DNA of 64,000 nt, from contig OZ287701.1 of NCBI GenBank assembly GCA_965649825.1, positions 1,317,439-1,381,438 of the forward strand. Direction: 5' to 3'. The position numbers and the translations under genes are program-made. The stretch is from Penicillus capitatus (Eukaryota; Plantae; Chlorophyta). Within the stretch, counting starts at the first letter, position 1. Every line of letters starts with the position of its first letter. Below, piece by piece: positions 13,371 to 21,587 of this stretch. The notes under the pieces were generated by a model. The model made no database searches. It was not told where the DNA came from and saw only the letters and a list, made by a program, of their open reading frames with translations.

Positions 13371-16358
13371 GTCTAATCTCCGAAGGAAGTCACGATGGAC
13401 ATTGTGCAGTGTCGAACCATTGGGCATACGGATATCCCAACGGTGGTCACTATGTTTCTTCACCACCACACAAGGATAGACCCATTTGGAGTAGAGTTTG
13501 GAGTCGAGGCGGTCGGCCAGCTGCGTGTTGTACCATGAAACCTTTGCTCCTTCTTCAATGGGACGGATCTTGACTGTCTTGTGGTGCCTTGCATTGGTTG
13601 TTTGGTGTGACTTAATTATTCGTTGATAAGCTAGTCCTCGGTCGGTGTCTAGTTGTTGTGGACTAGTTATCGTGCCATCCCGTTGTGTGCCAGTTAGAAG
13701 GTATTGTGGACAGAACAGAGTCGTACTATGGATCGTTCGGTTGATCTCTTGTACGCTCGTGCTCACATGTGTCGTCCAATCACCTCTCCTTTCCGCCCAT
13801 ATCCGCCTAAGTCGGTTTACGAGGTTTCGGTTGAACGCTTCGACAGTGCCCGCACTTTTGTGGGAATAGGCTGGGGTATGTAAAATATCTATTCCGTGCT
13901 GTGTGCAAGTACTTTCGAAGCTCCTAGCAATGAAGGCGCTTCCGTTGTCGCAGAGGATTCTTTGCGGAGCCCCAAACTTTCGTGCCCATTCGAGTACCAG
14001 CTTGATAGCCTGTGCTGCTGAGCAGGTCTTGCATGGGCGCCCCACGCCGAACTTAGTGAAAGCATCGATTCCGGTAGCGATATACCGAAATCCGTGGCTG
14101 CCACGGTTCAGCGGTCCAATGAAGTCTAGACACAGTGTGTGGTTCGGTGATGGACTGTCAATCATACCCAAGTCTACCTCCGACCGTGGGTTGCGAAACA
14201 TTTGGCACGTTTCGCAGTTATTGACGTAATCTCGCACGTCGTTGAAGTCGTTCGTCCATCGGGTTCCGTCGGACCGCAGGTTAAGGAATGTTTTCCTTAC
14301 CCCGAAGTGGCCTGCATGAGCCTTCTTGATGAGCTCGGTCCGTTCTTCCGGAGTGTAGGATACGGAGTTCACTTGATATCCCTGTTGTTTCTTCTTGGTG
14401 TGAAATGCGACAGGTGCGTTGTCCCTCCATCGGCTGAGAAGATCCGCTATCACGTTGTCCTTCCCCTCTACAAAACAGAAGTGGAGACGATCATGGGAAA
14501 AGTGGTGCCGGAGCCAGCAATGCTGTCTCTGGATCCGGAGGTCCTTGAACTTATGTAGAAATGTTGGCTCCTTGAGCCAATTGACCGTCGCCATGTTGTC
14601 GGAGTAAACGAATACCTCCGTCTGCTTGATCACAAAGTAACATTCCTTCAAGGCCCGTACTATCCCCATCAGTTCTCCCAGAAAACTTCCGACCCTCTGT
14701 TTCGTCGTGAAGGAGCCAAAGAGAACAGGTTGCAAGGTCGAGTTTAACAGGACATAGCCGAACTGGTTCAATGGGTTACCACACCAATCCGTATACAGAT
14801 GGAAAGATCCCCGTGTTTCCAACGTCAGTCGGTATGTATTGAGGCATAGAGTCTGAACTGCGTCCTTGTATATCTCGTCAGCCTTGGTGTAGTCATTGTG
14901 TTCGCGTTTCAGGAATGGCTTGAGTTGTGTGACGATCGAGTCGTATTTGTAACAGTACTGTGCCAGTTGCTGGCACAGACCCATGGCCTTTTGTACGTCG
15001 TGACGTGATGTGATAGTTGGCAGCTTCTGGAGTATAGCCTGAGCCCTGTGGTAGGGGTTCAACGTCCCGCCACTGAGTTCAGTACCCAGAAAGCTTACCG
15101 ATGTCTCAAACCAGTCACATTTTTGATAGTTGATCGTCAGGCCATATTCGTCAAAACGTTCAAATAAAAGCTTGGTCTTGAGGAGGAGTTCCTCCTCGGT
15201 TTCGCCGCCGATCAATATGTCGTCAAAGTATCGGACCACATCCATGCCCTGTAGGATGTGGGTCATGCGGTTATTAAAAAGCTCCGGACTGACGTTGACG
15301 CCTTGCGGCAGTCTCCGAAAGCCGTACGTGACGCCGTTCCAATGGAGTGCAAAGAAAAGCGAAATACTGTCATCGATGGGGATGGAGCCGTAGCCGTGAA
15401 CAATGTCCACGATGGTGTATACGGTCCACTTGGGATCCACCTTTTGAATGATGTTGGCCACTGGGATGATGGTCCCCCCCTGAGTTCCCTTCAGGTAAGT
15501 ATTGATATCGCGGAAGTCAATGGTGGGCCGAATCTTGCCATTTGGTTTACGTATGAAGTTTAAAGGTGCTACGACTGCTCGTATTGCCTCAGCAATAGAC
15601 AATGGTCGTATAACACCCTCCTTATGCAGCGAGTCGATCTCTTTTGAGATCTCCTCGTTGGTAAGGTCTGATACGTAGTTCTCCCGCCAACATGGCTTAG
15701 GCTCGCCCTGCCAACAAAGGTCTGCGTCCCGTATCCTGATGTTCCACAGCTTATTGGTTGTGGGACGAATGGTATCCGAAAAAACTAATGGAAAGTCATG
15801 TCTTAGTTGCGATATTGTCTCGTTCCTTTCTTCTGGTGTCGTGATATTCATGATATTGACACGTTTGGTCTTCTCTCTCAACGGGTACTCGATACCATCA
15901 ACATCGATAATGGAGTCCACGTTGCCCTTGGCACAACAGAGTCGCATCTTGCTGGTGATATGCTGTGGGACATCGGACTGGTTAAAGATTACCACGCTGA
16001 TCTGACCATTCGTGTGTATCTTGACCTTGCAGAAGATGTTCTTGTTATGGGTGCAGTCAAAAAATGCCGCCCATTCTGTTGTTTCGGCAAACTTGAAGGG
16101 CAAAATGATGCGGCGACTCCGAAAAGGTCCTAACACAAAACTTCTTCCAGCTACGAAGACGACCCAGCCGTTTTGTTTGAACGGGAATAACTCCCGGTCG
16201 ATCGATTCTGTGACTTGAAGTGAAGAAAATGCCGGTCTCTTTTCTTGTGTCTCTTGCGGTGAATCTTCATTCCAATGAGATTTTACCAGTACCAAACGTT
16301 TTTCTTGTGGTGCACGCGGTTTGCCTTGTGCCTGCTGAAAAACAGGCCGGTGCCTCAG
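13362..16358 (-). CDS. ORF2/pol: dUTPase-like N-terminus, reverse transcriptase, RNase H, integrase; probably reached by -1 frameshift from ORF1
   Basis: RPTIDFRDIN, RLPQGVNVSP, YFDD, YTDW/ELMG/YSDN/NVIADLLSR, H-H-C-C zinc finger, LDFIG/CDNGSAF/VEAFNRNL. The frame stays open back to 16364. Confidence 0.95.
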   Translation of the reverse strand: MRHRPVFQQAQGKPRAPQEKRLVLVKSHWNEDSPQETQEKRPAFSSLQVTESIDRELFPFKQNGWVVFVAGRSFVLGPFRSRRIILPFKFAETTEWAAFFDCTHNKNIFCKVKIHTNGQISVVIFNQSDVPQHITSKMRLCCAKGNVDSIIDVDGIEYPLREKTKRVNIMNITTPEERNETISQLRHDFPLVFSDTIRPTTNKLWNIRIRDADLCWQGEPKPCWRENYVSDLTNEEISKEIDSLHKEGVIRPLSIAEAIRAVVAPLNFIRKPNGKIRPTIDFRDINTYLKGTQGGTIIPVANIIQKVDPKWTVYTIVDIVHGYGSIPIDDSISLFFALHWNGVTYGFRRLPQGVNVSPELFNNRMTHILQGMDVVRYFDDILIGGETEEELLLKTKLLFERFDEYGLTINYQKCDWFETSVSFLGTELSGGTLNPYHRAQAILQKLPTITSRHDVQKAMGLCQQLAQYCYKYDSIVTQLKPFLKREHNDYTKADEIYKDAVQTLCLNTYRLTLETRGSFHLYTDWCGNPLNQFGYVLLNSTLQPVLFGSFTTKQRVGSFLGELMGIVRALKECYFVIKQTEVFVYSDNMATVNWLKEPTFLHKFKDLRIQRQHCWLRHHFSHDRLHFCFVEGKDNVIADLLSRWRDNAPVAFHTKKKQQGYQVNSVSYTPEERTELIKKAHAGHFGVRKTFLNLRSDGTRWTNDFNDVRDYVNNCETCQMFRNPRSEVDLGMIDSPSPNHTLCLDFIGPLNRGSHGFRYIATGIDAFTKFGVGRPCKTCSAAQAIKLVLEWARKFGAPQRILCDNGSAFIARSFESTCTQHGIDILHTPAYSHKSAGTVEAFNRNLVNRLRRIWAERRGDWTTHVSTSVQEINRTIHSTTLFCPQYLLTGTQRDGTITSPQQLDTDRGLAYQRIIKSHQTTNARHHKTVKIRPIEEGAKVSWYNTQLADRLDSKLYSKWVYPCVVVKKHSDHRWDIRMPNGSTLHNVHRDFLRRLDRR

Positions 16359-19300
16359 TTTTTTGATACGGAGACGTTGTGGATGAGAATTTTATTGCCT
16401 TCGCCGTCGTACACGCAGTCCTCGTCACAATTGAGTTGTAACTTGAATGCTTGAAGGGTTCGCAGTCCTAGTATCGGACGTTGGACGCCTTCACAGACGA
16501 CGAAGGGTATCTCTGCGCCTTTGTTCCCGAGGGTGCATACCAAAGAGATTTCGCCACATGTGTTGGTTGTTTGGTTGTTGAAACTGGTTACGGTCCGAAT
16601 CTTTGTGGACTTGAGCACGAGATTGTGTTTTCTTGCCAGCTTCGCCGGGAGAATATTCGTTTGCGCACCAGAATCCAAAAGGCAGGAGATTTTTCCTGTA
16701 ATTTTCTCCATACTGAGCGGAACGTTGTATTGGGACATCCTCCGAGAACTCTGGTTATGATCCGGAATTGCTTGTGCAACGGTTCCCGATCTCTGAGTTC
16801 CGAAGGCCTCTGCAGTCATGGGACAGCCTTTCATGGGGTGGCCCTGCTCGCATGTATGCCCATACTCAGGTCGTACGTTATGTCTCTGACCTAACGACAC
16901 GACATTCTGCACAGTACGTTCTGCCTGTAAACATTCGTCTATGATCCTCTGGACACGTGTCCAATTATCTGCATCTCCCCATGGTAATCCACGCAATCTT
17001 GACTGAATTTCCGTGTTCGCAATATTAAAGATTCTCTCAGTCGCAATAGCGTACTTAATCGGGTCGTCTATCCGATCAAGTAATTTCGTCATTCTACGTG
17101 TGAATTGAGAGAGATCTTCTTTGCGGTTTGGCAGCATTTTGTGGACATTTTTTATCGTAGGTCCCTTGCCAATGGGTGGTTTGGCGGGGGCCTGGTCCAC
17201 TGGTGTACTCGGAATCGTAGGACCTTCATTGCGACGCCTGTTTGTGCTCTTGAGCGCCTGCGCATGTTGTTTTGGCTCGGTGGCTTCTCGGCTTTCGGGC
17301 GATGTGTCATGGGGATGCTGCTCACGTGCTCGATCTTCGATTGCTTCCACTCGCTGTCCAATCGTAAGAATGCTGGCTTCCATAATCTCCTCCAATCTCC
17401 CTTGTCTGCTGACGAGTCTTTCCTCGAGTTCTTCAGCGCGTCGCATGAATCCTTCCTGAAATGATTGGAAACCTTCCATCAAGGATTGGAACAAGTGTCC
17501 CGACTGAGGCCCCTGACGGGTCTCTGGTAATGGGTCTGGGCGGATTTCGTTTCCTTGTCTGGCACGTCCGGGTTCCTCGGGTACAGATGCATCAATTTGT
17601 CGCACTTGATTTTGGATCTGCTGATCCGGCTGCTCTGGTGGTGCTTGCTGATCCGGCTGCTCTGGTGGTGCGTGCTGATCCGGCTGCTCTGGTGGTGCGT
17701 GCTGATCCGGCTGCTCTGGTGGTGCGTGCTGATCCGGCTGCTCTGGTGGTACAGTCTGAGAGAGAAAGAGCTGTTGCGATCGCCTCCAATCTCGTCGACA
17801 GATGTACCAAAATAGTTTGCACACCCACCAGATCCCTTGGATCACGGCCCAAATATGCATGATCGCCTTGCGGATGTTCCTCAGTACACTCAAGGTCCAT
17901 GCCACGACTTTGTAAAAAAGCATAGCCGTCCCTAATAATTGCCAGCCATTACCAGTGACCAGAGCATTACGGATTGCCCGGGGACCTAATCTATTCCAGA
18001 TTGTGCCCCACATCCATGTGACAAAGTTGTCTCGGGCACTGGTCAACCATTTTAAAGAGCGATCGAGGAGTGTCTCATTCCCGTGATTGTACCCCCAACC
18101 GTTTATTTGGTTCTCGCAGATGCAATCGTCTAGGGCCGTCCTCATACTCTCGGTATGTTCACTTATCCTGTCGATTGTCCTGCGAATATTGCTTAGGGTT
18201 TCGTTGAGGTGTTGCCATTCGTCAGAACCTCTCTGTTCTCGTGCATCTTGTGGCCCTTGAGGTCCTTGGCCTTGGTTGTCCGTCGACGAACCGTTTAAAG
18301 TGATGTTCTTAAACTGGTTGAGATCGTGTAAGGACTCAGAGACGAGTTGTAAGTCTCCCTGTAGTGTAGACTTCTGAAGGTTGTTGATGACCGAGACGGT
18401 GATAGTCGTCAACAAGCTTGCCGGGGAGAACGTGGAACGTACATCTCTGTTTGTCATCCAGTTGACGACCCCGTGTGTGGTGAGACCTACAACAGCACTT
18501 GTGATCATCTCGTTCAGGTAGCCTGGCCACGGGAGGTCGATCTCTATTCCCCAATCGGGAAACACGGTCCAAGAGTGTCCACCTTCAGGCGGCAGAGCGT
18601 CCCCCATCTCATGCATGTTGAATACATTTTCAGGAGGGAGTTCTTGTTCAGTTTCTTGGTCTTCGGACTGTTCGGACCGTGCACCTTCTCCGGGTTCTGA
18701 CTGTGGAGCCTCCTCGTCGAACAGATCTTCAGACACCTCCACTGGGATCTCGTACTCGTCATATTCGAGCTTGTAAGTTTCTGCGTCGGGATCTGTTTCC
18801 AGTGGCAAGTCCGTATCATGTCCGTCTTTAGACTCCGCGACCGGAATGGCGAACTCAAAACGCCTGCGGAGGGCTCTCGCCGAACCTGCTATGGTACGTC
18901 TGTCTTCTTCGGCATGTGTGTCTTCGCACACGAGGTCGTGTACCTTCTGTCTAGACGCGTCCAGCAGTGTCTTTTGTTCCCACGTCTGTGAATGAGTGCC
19001 AGGGATCAGTAGAAAGAAGGACATTCCTGTAGCTAGCAACGGTTTTCCTCCCCAATAGACCAGGGAACCTTCGCCGAGAAGCATGATCAGCATATTGGCT
19101 TCCTCGTACGTAATGCCTTCGCTTGCGTCATAGAAGATGATGCCGTTAGGGCACTCTTTGACGAAGACCGCGATCTCCCTTTGAAGTATTCTAGCCTCAT
19201 CCACAGATTTGGATTGCGGTTTAATATACTTGAAACAACTGCTCTTTTGTAGACTAGGCTCATTCTTGATTCCGTTAACCAGCGAGTCGCATGTACTTGT

Positions 19301-19552
19301 CGTACAGTAGAGAATGGTAGACGTCGCTTTATCGTAAAAATTGTTGTCTACCTTGTCGTTTATACTACGAGCAAGGTTATCGACATACTGATCTATCCAG
19401 TCTCCGCCACCGCGGATGTTTTCCTGGATGCTTGTTAGAGTTTTATTCCGTAACTCTCTTATTCCATCCTTCCAGCCGAACCATGCGCCGTGCGTGACGG
19501 CGGCATAGCATAGAACCCACAACAGCATTGGGAGCACTCGCTCCGAAACCAT
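16355..19552 (-). CDS. ORF1: signal peptide + degenerate AAA+-like domain + env-like/transmembrane region + Gag + aspartic protease (~1065 aa)
   Basis: [15 protein letters not shown] signal-like start; CPNGIIFYD and ALRRRF motifs; hydrophobic Trp-rich segment ~17790-17945; degenerate knuckle [16 protein letters not shown] and PILG protease motifs. Confidence 0.88.
   Translation of the reverse strand: [1065 protein letters not shown]
16358..16364 (-). promoter_or_regulatory. -1 ribosomal frameshift slippery heptamer A AAA AAC with downstream stem (GCCTG..CAGGC)
   Basis: The heptamer ends at the ORF1 stop (TCA AAA AAC TGA). The -1 frame reads LRHRPVFQQAQGKPRAPQEKR straight into pol. Confidence 0.82.
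17620..17750 (-). repeat. 5 x 27-bp tandem repeat encoding PPEQPDQ(H/Q)A
   Basis: gctgatccggctgctctggtggtgcgt units start at 17620, 17647, 17674, 17701 and 17728. Confidence 0.95.
19539..19551 (-). other. Primer-binding site TGGTTTCGGAGCG
   Basis: Starts with TGG directly after the 5' LTR; 10/12 match to the plant tRNA-iMet PBS TGGTATCAGAGC. Confidence 0.7.
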
Positions 19553-19858
19553 GTCGCGTAGGGTTTTAGATGGAAACAATTTGAACGGTGGGCGCACGTA
19601 AACCTTTTGAAACGTAAAGTCTTACAAACGAAAGACAAGATCTGTACATTCACAATGCTTTTATATGGTACTTTATTTTAAGTAACAAAGAAGGAATATT
19701 CTGCGAAGATTCCGGAATCTACTTGGAATCTGTGACGTAGAGCCGCGGGTCTATTTGTGGATGGGAAGGTGTAGCGAACCTACGACCTGTCGCTTGGAGA
19801 TCGACACAAGTGTAAGTAGATGAGCTCATTGTTAGGGGCGTGTTGGCTTAACACAACA
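19552..19858 (-). repeat. 5' LTR (307 bp)
   Basis: Identical by eye to 13046-13352. Confidence 0.97.
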
Positions 19859-20177
19859 CCGTCTGCTCGAGCGCGTCGGCGAGGGATCGTACGGGACGGT
19901 GAGGACAAGAGGGAGAGATGGAAGACGGCGGTGGGTGTCTAGGTGTTTAAGGGACGCTGTTCGGGCACGGGTCGCATCGTGGCACTGAAGTTCTTGTCCA
20001 AGGAGGGAAGGACATCCGATGACGTGACGTCTCTGAAGCGAGATCGAGAGTCTGCGGAGGTTGAAGCATCCACATGTGATCCAGCTGCTGGACAGTTTTG
20101 AGACCGATGGAGAGGTCTGTGTGGTGACCGGTGTTTGAGATCGGGGTCACACATTGTCAGCTCCTCACGGAATCGCC
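19859..20177 (+). pseudogene. TIO/FUSED 5' fragment, copy A (ATG at 13031, split at codon 5 by the LTR element)
   Basis: MERYR | [12 protein letters not shown], intron, VFKGR...VALKF...[23 protein letters not shown]. Reverse complement of 32972-33303, with a frameshift. Confidence 0.9.
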
Positions 20178-20439
20178 AAGAGTAGCGGACACCACGCCGG
20201 CGAACCATCCAGAAGACTTCTCGGAATTGAAGCTATTCTGGCACGAAACGGCCACAAAAATGTCTGATAAGACGTCTCAACTCAGATGAAGTGAACGCTT
20301 GGGACAAGCGGGCTGACCGATTAAACCAACATGTTAGACCGTATCACTCTGCGATCATCACCGTGCTATGGAATCAACCTTCGCTCCAACCATTAGAAGA
20401 CAGGACCGCAACTCACGACTAATCGAGTGAACACGGGCC

Positions 20440-21000
20440 CCGTTGCCTTGCATTGACAGAGGAGCTGGAATTCTGGTTGAGCGAAAAGAACTCCTGGGTC
20501 GTGGCAATCTCAGATCCACCGTACCAACTCCGCTCCTGCGCCTCGTACAAGGCAACCGCCGGGTCTCCACCGAGTTAGCAAAAAACGACGGTGGTTTTTG
20601 ATCCGACAAGACATCTAAGCTAAACTGTCTACCCGACCAGACGACGCTGAAAGAGCAGTAGCTATCACCATCAGACCTCCTCGATGCCAAACAGGACTCG
20701 TCCCCTCTTACGTACAACACACGGCAGTCGAGGGTCTGCCGGGCGTGGAAAAGTCGATTGCGAATCTCAAAACCAAAACTTGATCCTTATACTCTAAGAC
20801 GGAAGTGGTTACTCGAAACCATCGTGTTCCCAAGCCAGCCAACAAAATCGGAATTCGGCGGGAGGCCGTCCTAGCCTCAACTGGCCTCGCCATCGTCAAT
20901 GAAGCAGACTCTCAGAGAGGGACTGAGCTGTCTTGTCTGTCACAAAAGGGTTGGACCAAAATGGACAAGTCCTCTCTACTAGGCGAAAAAGCGCTTTGTC
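20440..21000 (+). mobile_element. Possible highly decayed LINE endonuclease (APE-like) fragment
   Basis: Broken frames contain WVVAISDPPY and GLAIVNE..KMD, resembling R1/I-type endonuclease motifs; many stops. Confidence 0.3.
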
Positions 21001-21587
21001 GTGTTCAGACGATGGCCCGAGCGACTGCTCTCATTCAAACGCGTACGTTTCTTCGCGCGGACGAAGGAAGACGCAGTTGCTGTGGTTGCATAGTTTTGGG
21101 CAAAGTGCGAAGTTCAGCAGGAAAACTGTGGAATCGAAGGCAGAGGTTGACGATAACAGCGATACGCGGGAAAGGAGATTACGAGGAGTTGTGTTCCGAT
21201 AATGAACCTGCATTCTTTGGACCTTCTTTTTTTGAGCACGAACTGCAAACCCATGCAGAGCAACACCGACAACAATAAGCTACACAGCTGAACAGAGCGC
21301 AGCCCTGTGCCAGTCCATGATGGCATGGCCTGCCTTTGCACCACCACCACCACCACAAGATTGCTCGAATGAAGTGACGACGCATGAGCACGTTGCCGAT
21401 TCGGATGCGGCTGCGCTCTTCGTGCAACGTATGTCCGCACAGCACTCTTTTGCACTGTATTTACACTTTCTGTACGCAATGACCGAAAAGAACCATTTTT
21501 CAAGCGTTGCGTCCTGCTGTGGGAGCTTCGAAGATGCCGACCGACTGGATGCGCCGACGTCTCGAACGTCACATCATTACGCGTAAG

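Larger units (their letters stand above)
13046..19858 (-). mobile_element. Intact Ty3/gypsy-type LTR retrotransposon, 6813 bp, 4-bp TSD CCGT (13042-13045 / 19859-19862)
   Basis: Two 307-bp TG..CA LTRs, PBS, PPT, and domain order Gag-PR-RT-RH-IN. The empty site gagcgctaccgtctgctcg is seen in the paralogue at ~33283-33303. Confidence 0.97.
2819..20177 (-). repeat. Left arm of a large inverted segmental duplication (interrupted by the LTR element 13046-19858)
   Basis: Reverse complement matches 32972-44288 along its length (3' flank, NACHT gene, carrier 5' exons, TIO exons 1-2). Arm lengths are 10542 bp (without element and TSD) vs 11317 bp, a difference of about 7 x 111 bp. Confidence 0.93.

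Noticed and set aside
13353-13400. 3' env gene or integrase chromodomain
   Set aside because: Pol stops 9 nt from the LTR and ends with a GPY/F-like region; there is no room and no chromodomain motif.
19553-19597. ORF1 start at 19597 given by the ORF track
   Set aside because: It is a GTG inside the LTR. The ATGs at 19552 or 19528 directly precede the signal peptide.
21341-21356. (CCA)n microsatellite
   Set aside because: Short ordinary simple repeat in intergenic DNA.
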